In this document: positions 19,430 through 28,093 of the stretch, one piece after another
Numbering within the stretch: the stretch's first letter is position 1
Layout of the letters: each line of letters starts with the position of its first letter
IMG/VR virus record: IMGVR_UViG_642918906_000001
Coordinates: 96,001-160,000 of that record
Direction: 5' to 3' (one strand)
DNA length: 64,000 nt
Source of the DNA: a virus
Lineage: Duplodnaviria > Caudoviricetes
Notes under the pieces: model-generated
The model's database searches: none
Told to the model about the DNA's origin: nothing
Seen by the model: only the letters and a program-made list of their open reading frames with translations
Made by a program: the position numbers and the translations under genes

Positions 19430-19606
19430 ATGGCCCATGCACGAGCAGTATTGATTCATTTTGAATGCGACGATGGTTCGGTAACCCACAGCACCATGTC
19501 CGGCTCGCAATTGAGTTCGGTGGTGGCTGATTCTGAAGACGAAGCTGAAGCCCTCATGGAAGAAAAGCTGAAAGAACTGGGTGCTCACTCGTTCGAATTC
19601 GTCTAA
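19430..19606 (+). CDS. Small acidic protein, 58 aa (absent from ORF track)
   Basis: SD AAGGAG; MAHARAVLIHFECDDGSVTHSTMSGSQLSSVVADSEDEAEALMEEKLKELGAHSFEFV. Confidence 0.75.
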   Translation: MAHARAVLIHFECDDGSVTHSTMSGSQLSSVVADSEDEAEALMEEKLKELGAHSFEFV

Positions 19607-19632
19607 GCCTTTTAACTCAATGAGAGGGCTGA

Positions 19633-19968
19633 ATGAAAGAAGACTTATTAGATTCGGCTATTATCGTAAGTACCTTGGTCTTAGGTGGACTAGGATACTT
19701 GTTCATTATAGCTACGCCCGGTATCGGTGAATGTAAAGTCGTCCGATTGACCGAGCAGGTTATGGAACGAGTTCAGGCTTTGGTGTTTAAGCTGAATCAA
19801 CAAGCCATCTTCAGGGACATGTCCCTTGAAGAGAAATGGCAAAACCTCAAGCCCGAGTATGACGCCTTATTGGAAGGTTTCACCTATGGCTTGAAACCAA
19901 AGGATTTGCGTTCAGTTGAATGCAGATGCCGTAACGCTACAAACAAACTACTCACTCAAAAAAGGTAA
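19633..19968 (+). CDS. Hypothetical N-anchored membrane protein
   Basis: 111 aa; TM segment AIIVSTLVLGGLGYLFII. Confidence 0.65.
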   Translation: MKEDLLDSAIIVSTLVLGGLGYLFIIATPGIGECKVVRLTEQVMERVQALVFKLNQQAIFRDMSLEEKWQNLKPEYDALLEGFTYGLKPKDLRSVECRCRNATNKLLTQKR

Positions 19969-19973
19969 TCGCT

Positions 19974-20123
19974 ATGAAATATGGTATCGCTGCTGTTGTT
20001 GGTCTGGCTGCCCTTGCAGGTGTTGGCGCATGGCTGTACAATCGTGAAGACGAAGTAGCGAAAGCTGCTGAACCCGAAGTTGCCGGTGCTGAGCCGGTTG
20101 TCGAAAACGAAGAAGCAATCTGA
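19974..20123 (+). CDS. Small membrane protein, 49 aa (absent from ORF track)
   Basis: SD AAGGT; MKYGIAAVVGLAALAGVGAWLYNREDEVAKAAEPEVAGAEPVVENEEAI. Confidence 0.7.
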   Translation: MKYGIAAVVGLAALAGVGAWLYNREDEVAKAAEPEVAGAEPVVENEEAI

Positions 20124-20137
20124 ATAAGGGGTTAGAG

Positions 20138-20410
20138 ATGTTTGGTTCTCTTTTGAAATACACGTGCGTCGCTGCATGTGGTGCACTGGTGTTTTCGACC
20201 ATGGGTCACTTCATGGATTCGGACGTAATCGAATCTGCCAAAGCGACCTGTGAAGAAAACGTCAAAGCTCTCAGTGGCGAAGCGGAAGGTGATGAACTGG
20301 CGTTGCTCATGAAAGCATTCGTGGCAACTCACTACAAAAACTGGGTTAGTCAACTGACCTTCGCTGGCAGCGTAAAAGATCTGGATGCCGTTCTGGCACC
20401 CTGGGCATAA
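20138..20410 (+). CDS. Hypothetical N-anchored protein
   Basis: 90 aa; hydrophobic N-terminus. Confidence 0.65.
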   Translation: MFGSLLKYTCVAACGALVFSTMGHFMDSDVIESAKATCEENVKALSGEAEGDELALLMKAFVATHYKNWVSQLTFAGSVKDLDAVLAPWA

Positions 20411-20437
20411 CTTTAACTGGTATAGGAGATATCACGC

Positions 20438-20707
20438 ATGGCTTATGTAAATCGTCGTCAAATGCATATGGAGCAGTACTTTTCGGATCGTGAGAAACTT
20501 GATGCCCCGTATTGGGCAATCGACGATAACCTCGATTCGATCGTATGCAACGTACGTGATCCATTTGCAACGTACGTTGATCCAAGCAATTATGACGACG
20601 ATGCGCTCGCCTATCGTGAGTGCATGGATGGCGTTGTAGCCGGTGTATCTGAAGCGTTGGGGTTGCCACAAGGGCTTTCCTTCGAAGAAGTCTTTGAGCG
20701 TCTCTAA
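20438..20707 (+). CDS. Hypothetical acidic protein
   Basis: 89 aa; SD AGGAG. Confidence 0.7.
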   Translation: MAYVNRRQMHMEQYFSDREKLDAPYWAIDDNLDSIVCNVRDPFATYVDPSNYDDDALAYRECMDGVVAGVSEALGLPQGLSFEEVFERL

Positions 20708-20714
20708 CGTAACC

Positions 20715-20734
20715 ATAGGGGCTTCGGCCCCTAT
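20715..20734 (+). terminator. Hairpin, possible terminator
   Basis: ATAGGGGC-TTCG-GCCCCTAT. Confidence 0.7.
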
Positions 20735-20761
20735 TCTCAATCTTATCCAAAGGGTTTAATC

Positions 20762-20917
20762 ATGAAATTCGCATATCTGTTGGCTGGTATTGTACTGGGT
20801 GGTCTGTTCTTCAATGCCAAGTTCATTGAAGCTGCTCCGAAGGACACCTCGGTCGAAGTCGTCTACGGTACCCGTGTCGGACCTGACGGTAATCTGCAAC
20901 TGGTCACTCGTCGTTAA
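20762..20917 (+). CDS. Small secreted or membrane protein, 51 aa (absent from ORF track)
   Basis: MKFAYLLAGIVLGGLFFNAKFIEAAPKDTSVEVVYGTRVGPDGNLQLVTRR; signal-like N-terminus. Confidence 0.7.
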   Translation: MKFAYLLAGIVLGGLFFNAKFIEAAPKDTSVEVVYGTRVGPDGNLQLVTRR

Positions 20918-20929
20918 CTGGGGGGTTAT

Positions 20930-21370
20930 ATGAAAGACAACATTATCATCAGTGCTCTGCTGCATCGTATCAAAGCGTTGCAGGAACAGGCAAAGCCATC
21001 GGCTGAGCAACTTCGGGTATTGATGCAGTACGCTGAATGTAACCACCCTGAACTCGCTCGGCTGGTTCGCGAAGATCCAGTTTGGGAGCGCTTTCAACAG
21101 CGTTACAATGATCCAGGGGTTCCACACATCAATGGACTGGCCCACGTAAGCCAACAGCTGTTTGAACTGGGTTTCTGTAAATACCTGTTCACGTTGGGTT
21201 ATACTGAAGTCATTCATGACTGTGCTTACATCAAAGTAAGGCAACATAATGACGACATGGTCGGCGTGGCCTGTCATCTGAGTGGCAATGACAAAATGTG
21301 GGGTAGCGAACTACTTTGTCAAACTAAGGACGTTTGGAAAACGATCGATCATTTGATCGGAAACTATTAA
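20930..21370 (+). CDS. Hypothetical protein
   Basis: 146 aa, co-oriented in early block. Confidence 0.65.
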   Translation: MKDNIIISALLHRIKALQEQAKPSAEQLRVLMQYAECNHPELARLVREDPVWERFQQRYNDPGVPHINGLAHVSQQLFELGFCKYLFTLGYTEVIHDCAYIKVRQHNDDMVGVACHLSGNDKMWGSELLCQTKDVWKTIDHLIGNY

Positions 21371-21391
21371 ACCTAAATTGAAGGAATCGAA

Positions 21392-22345
21392 ATGACTGGT
21401 CGTATTGAGCAACAACTGAAAGACATCCACGGTAACATTGTGGCCAACGTTAAAAACTGGATGGTTGCCAACCAATCAGTTCTTAAAGCTTACAGCGTTA
21501 CCCTCCATCAATATGGGGTGGACCATATCGCATTTGAAAATGAGTTGATTAGTCAAGCAATCGCGGTGGTAAATCGTAGCTCCACCGACGATGCTGGCGG
21601 TAATTTGCGGAGCTTCCTGAGCGGACACCTTACCTCCGATTTGGTGCCCGCACCGAACGGCATTGGCGCACTTGTGATCGAAGTCGCTAGTTCGGTGTAT
21701 AATAAACGTATCAAAGGCGTGATTGTAGAACCAAGTGACCTGACTATCGAGAAGCGCGTCCGTCATCAGGTTAAAGGTATTCTCGAGGACTCAGCAATTC
21801 CTCATGCCGACCAAGTTTTGAATCATGTGGTTAAAACCATTTGCGATTCTGGCGTAACCACTCCACGCGGGGTCGGGTTGGCGGTTCGGGCGTTCTTCAC
21901 CGCTGATCCGAAAGCAAACGTTTACCATATTGAAGCAGTGCTTTGGGAACTGGTCAGCGATGGTCTTCAACTTGAGTATAATGGTCTCACTGATCCTGAT
22001 ACCATCGCCCAGCAATTGGCTAACTTGAAACAGTTCCAGTATAGCGAAGGTGTAAATATCGTCAATATTCGTCCACTAGTAATTAAAGCGACTATGGACC
22101 CTAAACCTAAAGTCGACACCAAACCGAAGGTAGCCATGCTCGAACTCAACGAGCATTTCTATCGCACTGTGTGTAATGATGACGAGTTGGTTATCAGTCG
22201 CGAATACGGTATTCATCCAGTATCGGAAATGCCGATGCAAGGCGCCTGGGTTCTCCGTAACTACCACACCGGGGAGTTCATCGATTCGGATCGTTACTGG
22301 AATGATCTGACCGAACGTCATAACCTCGAGGTTGCAGTAAAATGA
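21392..22345 (+). CDS. Hypothetical protein
   Basis: 317 aa; SD AAGGA. Confidence 0.7.
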   Translation: MTGRIEQQLKDIHGNIVANVKNWMVANQSVLKAYSVTLHQYGVDHIAFENELISQAIAVVNRSSTDDAGGNLRSFLSGHLTSDLVPAPNGIGALVIEVASSVYNKRIKGVIVEPSDLTIEKRVRHQVKGILEDSAIPHADQVLNHVVKTICDSGVTTPRGVGLAVRAFFTADPKANVYHIEAVLWELVSDGLQLEYNGLTDPDTIAQQLANLKQFQYSEGVNIVNIRPLVIKATMDPKPKVDTKPKVAMLELNEHFYRTVCNDDELVISREYGIHPVSEMPMQGAWVLRNYHTGEFIDSDRYWNDLTERHNLEVAVK

Positions 22346-22551
22346 GTAACGTTGAAATTCTCAATATCCCCGTAACGGGATACGTCGAAGAGAGTGTGGT
22401 TCGTAAACTCTTCCATCCAGGTGATGCCGGCCAGAAAGCTTTTGAAAAAGCTTTTCGTGGTTGCACTATGATGGTTGCTGATAACGGTAAAGTATTTATG
22501 CCCGTAAGTGATCTTCAAGACCATCTGACCTATCGTCGTCAAACCGATTAA
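22342..22551 (+). CDS. Hypothetical protein
   Basis: 69 aa; SD GAGGT; abuts upstream stop. Confidence 0.65.
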   Translation: MSNVEILNIPVTGYVEESVVRKLFHPGDAGQKAFEKAFRGCTMMVADNGKVFMPVSDLQDHLTYRRQTD

Positions 22552-22567
22552 CCTAAGGAGCATTACC

Positions 22568-22987
22568 ATGCAAGAAGTAGCTAATTTCAAAAAGATCACC
22601 TCCGACATTCTGTCGAACATCGAAGCACTGAAAGAGAACCTCCAGGCCATCGCTACCTCGGATAACTTCCAAGGTATACTGGACGAGCTGAATGAACTCG
22701 ACGAACGTCGGGTTACGCTGCTGGAACCGATGCTGTTGCGGGTACGTCTGCAAGAAGCATTGGATCTATGCAATGACATCAGCTTGATCGATCACTGCAA
22801 TCGCCATGACCCTGAGCGTAAGAAGGTTACGGCTTATGGCGAAAGCTGGTTGACTGCTAACCAAGCTGAAGGTCGTGTAACGATCCCAGGCATCAAGCGC
22901 ATCCGTGAATGCCTGAACCCAGCGCTGGTCAGCATTCAGGACGGCAAGCGTATTGCTGAACTGATTCAAGAAGGCAAGATCAAGTAA
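22568..22987 (+). CDS. Hypothetical protein with ribosomal L7/L12 C-terminal-like motif
   Basis: 139 aa; SD TAAGGAG; IPGIKRIRE...SIQDGKRIAE resembles IxAIKxxRExxxxxLKEAKxxVE. Confidence 0.55.
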   Translation: MQEVANFKKITSDILSNIEALKENLQAIATSDNFQGILDELNELDERRVTLLEPMLLRVRLQEALDLCNDISLIDHCNRHDPERKKVTAYGESWLTANQAEGRVTIPGIKRIRECLNPALVSIQDGKRIAELIQEGKIK

Positions 22988-23006
22988 TTCCATCTGGAGC
23001 AAAAAC

Positions 23007-23360
23007 ATGATTGCAATTAACGCACATCTGGTAGCTGGTATCGCCTATGGTCTCAGCCTTAAGCATGACCACGCCTATGGTAGTCATTGGTTCTTCGGCA
23101 AGGAATACTACGCCGTCGAAACTAGTTGGGGCGATGGCTTGCTGCTCGACTTCATCCAACTCAAAGCTGAGGAGCTTTATCCTGAGCTGGCGAAGACTGC
23201 ATCGTTCCCTGATACCTTCTGGGCACTTTACAAAGTCCGTCTAAGCATCTTTACATACGCCGAAGACGTCAAGACCTACTTCATTCACAAACGTCGTTTC
23301 AAGCGTCACTTGAAGAAGGCTCTGATCCATAGCCGCGCCGGAAAAGGTATTAGCAGTTGA
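23007..23360 (+). CDS. Hypothetical protein
   Basis: 117 aa; SD GGAG. Confidence 0.65.
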   Translation: MIAINAHLVAGIAYGLSLKHDHAYGSHWFFGKEYYAVETSWGDGLLLDFIQLKAEELYPELAKTASFPDTFWALYKVRLSIFTYAEDVKTYFIHKRRFKRHLKKALIHSRAGKGISS

Positions 23361-23668
23361 GGCTGGCGGGTAAGATCTTTTTACCCGTTAGTTGTGTAGC
23401 CATAACCGCCATCGTGATATTCATGTTCGAGGCACGACGTCATCGGGAAGCTTATTCCGATATAAGAAAAGCAGCCGATGGTCTTGAACAACGTTACACT
23501 GAATGGCTAGACAAAACGGGTAGTCCAGTAGAAGCTTTAAGATTGGTTACTTTCTATTACGATGGCTTGATGACTCGATACGGTCCGTACCGTCATAGTA
23601 GCTTAGAAGCCGCTGAAGCTTTGGCCTATTTGGAACTCACCTTTGAATTATTAAAACGTCACCTTTGA
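23357..23668 (+). CDS. Hypothetical N-anchored membrane protein
   Basis: TTG start overlapping upstream TGA; TM segment IFLPVSCVAITAIVIFMF. Confidence 0.55.
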   Translation: MRLAGKIFLPVSCVAITAIVIFMFEARRHREAYSDIRKAADGLEQRYTEWLDKTGSPVEALRLVTFYYDGLMTRYGPYRHSSLEAAEALAYLELTFELLKRHL

Positions 23669-23685
23669 TGACCTGGGGAAACACT

Positions 23686-24012
23686 ATGAAACATTCAGCC
23701 ATTGCATCGTGTGTTATTGGTACCGCCTTGACAGTCGGTGCAATTGTTGGTTTGAGTGTGTGGAGCAACCGTACTAAATGGGACTCCGAAATCGCTGAGG
23801 CTACTATCGCAGAACTGAACGACGACTACAACCTCGCCATTGCAGCCCATCCGGCTGATCGCAACCGTGCTCTGTTCGCATTGGACGTAGCGGTCCGTAA
23901 ACGTCGTGGTAACTTCGAAGCGACCTACGGCGCGTTCGATGAATACGTCGACTGGGCGATTCGTTATGAAGCTCAAGTTGAAAACCTTCGCAAGGTCATT
24001 CGCAAAGGTTAA
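23686..24012 (+). CDS. Hypothetical N-anchored membrane protein
   Basis: ATG 23686; TM segment VIGTALTVGAIVGLSVW. Confidence 0.65.
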   Translation: MKHSAIASCVIGTALTVGAIVGLSVWSNRTKWDSEIAEATIAELNDDYNLAIAAHPADRNRALFALDVAVRKRRGNFEATYGAFDEYVDWAIRYEAQVENLRKVIRKG

Positions 24013-24054
24013 CGGCATAAAGCCCCTCCTTGCCGGGAGGGGCTTTATTATTTT
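24013..24054. terminator. Terminator hairpin, possibly bidirectional
   Basis: CGGCATAAAGCCCCTCC-TTGCC-GGGAGGGGCTTTATTATTTT. Confidence 0.85.
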
Positions 24055-24131
24055 GTCTCTAACGAGACGGTATTAGATTCGCTCACTGGGGGTACCAGCT
24101 ATGTAATTAATATCTTTCGGAGAACGTAATT

Positions 24132-24425
24132 ATGCGTATCCAATACACAAACCCCCATAAGGGTCAGCGCTATGTAAATCAACCCAATGTCACCGCATGT
24201 TATTTAATGCGAGAGACAGATCCTGACAATCAGTTATTCGTTAGTTTACCAGACGAACGAATAATTTTCGAGGCCATCAATTACGATGGCAAATCGTTAG
24301 GTTATTTGGGTAGGTATGGCCTCACCCCTCACAAAGGTGAAGCCACGGTACAACAGGGTCACCAGAACTTAGTCCTATATGACTGTGATAACGTCAAATG
24401 GATTAAGAAAGTAACCTTACACTGA
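24132..24425 (+). CDS. Hypothetical protein
   Basis: 97 aa; SD GGAG. Confidence 0.6.
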   Translation: MRIQYTNPHKGQRYVNQPNVTACYLMRETDPDNQLFVSLPDERIIFEAINYDGKSLGYLGRYGLTPHKGEATVQQGHQNLVLYDCDNVKWIKKVTLH

Positions 24426-24439
24426 TCGTAGTGTTAACT

Positions 24440-24468
24440 GTAGTGTGTTGGTCGAAACAACACACTAC
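24440..24468. other. Intergenic 11-bp hairpin
   Basis: GTAGTGTGTTG-GTCGAAA-CAACACACTAC ahead of an AT-rich leader. Confidence 0.6.
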
Positions 24469-24537
24469 TCTACATAAGATTGTATCTGATGTATTTTATT
24501 TTCTTTATAGTTGTATTTTTATTTAAGGAGCAACAAC

Positions 24538-25065
24538 ATGACTAATGTAAATATGTCGACCATTGGCGGTATTTACGTACTGGCCTCGGAAGGTCTGTAT
24601 GGTACCGAATACTGGACTGGCGGTAATGACTGGTCCTGTGACATCAATAATGCAACCCAGCTCGGTACCGGTGGTGCCATGCACTGGATTGCCAAGCTCA
24701 CTGGTCGTGCTGTCAAAGTGAAGGCAGTCGAGATCGATGGTACTATTGACGTGATGCATTGGCCCGATATTGGTTGGGTTGTGGTTAACCATCGTGAATG
24801 GCCAGTAACCGTACACCGGTTGTACATGGTGGGCAACTATGGTGAAGGCTGGTTCTTCGAGAACGAGGGTACCGTTGAGCGTAAGCTCTGCCGTAATCTC
24901 GGTAACGGTACCTATCACGATATCACTGTCCGTGGTAAAGAGATCACTGGTTCGACCCTTCGCAGTGAAGGTGAGGCCTTTGAAAACTTCACTGCTTTCA
25001 ACATCCCCAACAAATCGAATCTGGTTTATCAGTTCGAGTTCGACCCTAAGCCAGTGGAGTTTTAA
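24538..25065 (+). CDS. Hypothetical protein
   Basis: 175 aa; SD TAAGGAG. Confidence 0.7.
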   Translation: MTNVNMSTIGGIYVLASEGLYGTEYWTGGNDWSCDINNATQLGTGGAMHWIAKLTGRAVKVKAVEIDGTIDVMHWPDIGWVVVNHREWPVTVHRLYMVGNYGEGWFFENEGTVERKLCRNLGNGTYHDITVRGKEITGSTLRSEGEAFENFTAFNIPNKSNLVYQFEFDPKPVEF

Positions 25066-25066
25066 T

Positions 25067-25423
25067 ATGACCGAATACTATCCTACCCTAAAGGAGGTAC
25101 TCGAGTTATTGGGGGAGGATTGTATTCTTGTTGGGTCCGCTACATGGAAACCTGAAGCTGAATGCAAAGACTTTGATTTCGTTATTAACGATATCGGTGT
25201 TACTCGACTACTCGAGCACTACGGATACTATATTTATCAGGAAGCTGACACTTGGTGGCAATATATACCAATTGACAGCGCTGGCAAATGTGTTGATTTT
25301 TTCCTCGGGTTATGTAATATCGTTGACAAATCAAAGTTCCACCTTCGCCTGACTTATGAACAAGCTTCCGAATTACCATTGACAATTAAAGTCATTGGTG
25401 GCGTGGAAGTACTATCCATTTAA
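25067..25423 (+). CDS. Minimal nucleotidyltransferase (Pol beta superfamily)-like protein
   Basis: 118 aa from ATG 25067; LVGS-x9-KDFDFV and later VDFF acidic residue match the hG[GS]...DhD...D signature. Confidence 0.6.
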   Translation: MTEYYPTLKEVLELLGEDCILVGSATWKPEAECKDFDFVINDIGVTRLLEHYGYYIYQEADTWWQYIPIDSAGKCVDFFLGLCNIVDKSKFHLRLTYEQASELPLTIKVIGGVEVLSI

Positions 25424-25436
25424 GAGGAGCTTTAAT

Positions 25437-25949
25437 ATGGACATGCAAAAACTGTTTGAAATGATCAGCCGTGTTGCAGATACCTCCAATGCATTACTGA
25501 TCCCAGATCGCAGTGTCATCGTCAGTTGGATCAAAGCCACTGAAGAGCCTGAAATGTTCTTCGGTATCCCTCAACTCTGGGATATCATCGATACCTTGCG
25601 TGAGAGTACTTACTCCACGGTGAGTGAAAAACGTTCGATGACCAAAGAAGCCCTGCGCCTGATCGTTCAAGAACTCATTGAACGTCGTGGTCTGGATCTG
25701 ATGTACCGATTCCCTAATGTGGGCGCTTCTCTGCATGTAGGGGTTGTAGTACGTGATACCCACACTGGTAGCGAGGCCATCTACGGTATCCGTGATGTCA
25801 ATCCTGACGGTGAACCAACTTGGGAATACCTCCCAATTGACCACTCACGTTTCTTCGACGTCATCCAATGGCGAATGAATCATGCGTGCCGCCAAAGTAT
25901 TTACGGCTGGCATGATCCGATCCACATCAACAAACCACTGGAGTTTTAA
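25437..25949 (+). CDS. Hypothetical protein
   Basis: 170 aa; SD GAGGAG. Confidence 0.7.
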   Translation: MDMQKLFEMISRVADTSNALLIPDRSVIVSWIKATEEPEMFFGIPQLWDIIDTLRESTYSTVSEKRSMTKEALRLIVQELIERRGLDLMYRFPNVGASLHVGVVVRDTHTGSEAIYGIRDVNPDGEPTWEYLPIDHSRFFDVIQWRMNHACRQSIYGWHDPIHINKPLEF

Positions 25950-25951
25950 AT

Positions 25952-26560
25952 ATGCAATCCATCGCTAAAGCAGTAGGTTCCGTTACCTTCCCAGAATACA
26001 CCGGTGCACAAGTGTACATGGTTGAAGCTACTCCTGAAACCGTAGCGGATGTCGCCCCGGCTCAGTACGTGGCCATGATCATCCAATCGATCAAAGACGC
26101 TATGATTGCAGCGGGTACAAAGTTCTTCCTGACTATTGACGAGCGTGAAGTTCAGGAAGGTACCGCGCATCGCCGTGGTGGTGCACACATTGACGGCAAC
26201 TTCCTCTATGGTTGGGGTGGTGGCGGTGGTAATGGTTGGCTGAATGGCGTACCGGGCCGTATCCTCACACCAGAACAACACTCTGCTCAGTACCTCTCAG
26301 AAATGGGTGGTACTATTATCGCTACCAACTACCCAGGTTGCAAGGTCTGGTCCGGTAGCTATAATAGCGAACCAGGGCGTGGTGGTAGCTGTGAACACTT
26401 CCGTGACGAACTGGAAACCATGGATCAGTTCACCATGGAACCCAATAAAGCATACCTGATGAACTCGACCTGTGTGCATCAGTCGATGCCATTGGATCGT
26501 ACGGTTAAACGTCAACTCGTTCGACTCACTCTGGACAACACTGTTCAAGTAACGCAATAA
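25952..26560 (+). CDS. 2OG-Fe(II) oxygenase-like protein
   Basis: HID ... VHQSMP ... RQLVR gives the HxD...H...R pattern. Confidence 0.65.
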   Translation: MQSIAKAVGSVTFPEYTGAQVYMVEATPETVADVAPAQYVAMIIQSIKDAMIAAGTKFFLTIDEREVQEGTAHRRGGAHIDGNFLYGWGGGGGNGWLNGVPGRILTPEQHSAQYLSEMGGTIIATNYPGCKVWSGSYNSEPGRGGSCEHFRDELETMDQFTMEPNKAYLMNSTCVHQSMPLDRTVKRQLVRLTLDNTVQVTQ

Positions 26561-26581
26561 TTTCAACCAAGGAGTAACAAC

Positions 26582-26857
26582 ATGATCCCGTACGACAAAC
26601 TGGAACAATTCGTAACCACTGCCGCTCGTGACAATGCTCGTCAATGGGTAGCTGAAAACGTTACTGGTGATGCCGGCACCAAAAAGGTTGCCGAAATCAT
26701 CGTAGCTAAAAAGATCGAAGAGATCGTGCGTAACCCAGCGAATGAGAACTACGGGTTCCGTGTTGCTCATCTGTATCTCATGAACTGCACGTTCGACGGT
26801 AACAAACTGATCCACACCGACAAACCACTGGAACCATTTTCATTTATCAAGGAGTAA
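26582..26857 (+). CDS. Hypothetical protein
   Basis: 91 aa; SD AAGGAG. Confidence 0.7.
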   Translation: MIPYDKLEQFVTTAARDNARQWVAENVTGDAGTKKVAEIIVAKKIEEIVRNPANENYGFRVAHLYLMNCTFDGNKLIHTDKPLEPFSFIKE

Positions 26858-26861
26858 TAAC

Positions 26862-27362
26862 ATGTTCTTCAAAGAAAACTACAGCTTCGAATTGGGTACT
26901 TTCGCTTCTCACGTGGCGGTGGTTGAACATATCCGTGAAGCAGCCGACGATCCTGTCCAGTTTGACCGTTTCCTGGCGTCGTACAACACCGGTGACCAGA
27001 ACACCCTCAAAGCGGTCGAAGACTTTACGATGCTCGATCTGAACTATCTCTGGGCACTCAATCTGGAGGTGGGTGTTCAATCGATGGCGATTTATCGTCA
27101 CGGTGTTGATACACCGATTGTGGTAATTGAAGAGCGTATGGCGTGGGCTGGTACATCGGAACATACCCACATGGCTGAGTTCGTCAGTCACCACACCGGT
27201 AAGTCGAAGGCACTTCAACGTAAGTTGGGAGCGGAGTTCATTCTCAAGCAACTGAACCTCCTTTCGATCCGTTCTCTCGAAGCTCAGGTCCGTGAAGTTC
27301 GTAAGCACGATGAGACCGGTTGGGCTACTTGTGCATTGGCAACCATCGACGCAGGGAAATAA
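26862..27362 (+). CDS. Hypothetical protein
   Basis: 166 aa; SD AAGGAG. Confidence 0.7.
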   Translation: MFFKENYSFELGTFASHVAVVEHIREAADDPVQFDRFLASYNTGDQNTLKAVEDFTMLDLNYLWALNLEVGVQSMAIYRHGVDTPIVVIEERMAWAGTSEHTHMAEFVSHHTGKSKALQRKLGAEFILKQLNLLSIRSLEAQVREVRKHDETGWATCALATIDAGK

Positions 27363-27363
27363 C

Positions 27364-27651
27364 ATGGCTACTGAATGGACTGCACCAGTAAGTACTCCAA
27401 CTGAATTGTTCATTGCCTTCGCAAATGACGAGAAATCGTTCGGCGATATCTTCAGTGCATGCATCGCGCATTTCGGTTCCGATGTACCATTGGACCAACT
27501 GCGTATCTCTTACGTTCAGTGGGAACATCAACGTGATTGTCATTGCTGTCCACTGGCTTCAGTCCAGTATGGCGATTACTATCGCATCGAACTCGTCTCT
27601 GAAAAATGTGAAGAGACTCCACCATGCACACTCGCTCAACTGACTACGTGA
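27364..27651 (+). CDS. Hypothetical protein with CHCC motif
   Basis: 95 aa from ATG 27364; HQRDCHCC is a possible metal site. Confidence 0.6.
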   Translation: MATEWTAPVSTPTELFIAFANDEKSFGDIFSACIAHFGSDVPLDQLRISYVQWEHQRDCHCCPLASVQYGDYYRIELVSEKCEETPPCTLAQLTT

Positions 27652-27743
27652 AATACGATTTGGGCACCACCGTCATCCTTTGGGGGCTAGGTATTGGCCT
27701 AGCCGGTGGCTTTATCTACAACTTAATAAAGGACTTCCTATGA
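27624..27743 (+). CDS. Small membrane peptide, 39 aa (absent from ORF track)
   Basis: MHTRSTDYVKYDLGTTVILWGLGIGLAGGFIYNLIKDFL; ATGA overlap with next gene. Confidence 0.5.
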   Translation: MHTRSTDYVKYDLGTTVILWGLGIGLAGGFIYNLIKDFL

Positions 27744-28093
27744 ACACTGCTGAAACTATTCGTCAAATCCACATCGATCGCGATAAAGAGCTTTTCGATC
27801 ACATTGTGGCTGAAATCATGCCGAAGCTGGCTGACCGCGAATGGTTGTTGGACCATCGTAACTACAATCGTTATGACGATGGCGAGATTACCTATTCCTT
27901 CAGGGTTAGTGATATCATCGCCAGTGTCATCGGTCCGAGTGAACGTACCTACGCTTCTACTCAGCTCAACAATCTCATTTACGGACATTTTAATGAGCTG
28001 GGTTTCGTTGCTCGGATCACCAGCGTTAATGAACTCACTCTGAAGACTCCTCCGATGGCGTCAATCGATGAGGACATTGACGATGCTGCGTAA
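27740..28093 (+). CDS. Hypothetical protein
   Basis: 117 aa from ATG 27740; SD AAGGA. Confidence 0.65.
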   Translation: MNTAETIRQIHIDRDKELFDHIVAEIMPKLADREWLLDHRNYNRYDDGEITYSFRVSDIIASVIGPSERTYASTQLNNLIYGHFNELGFVARITSVNELTLKTPPMASIDEDIDDAA

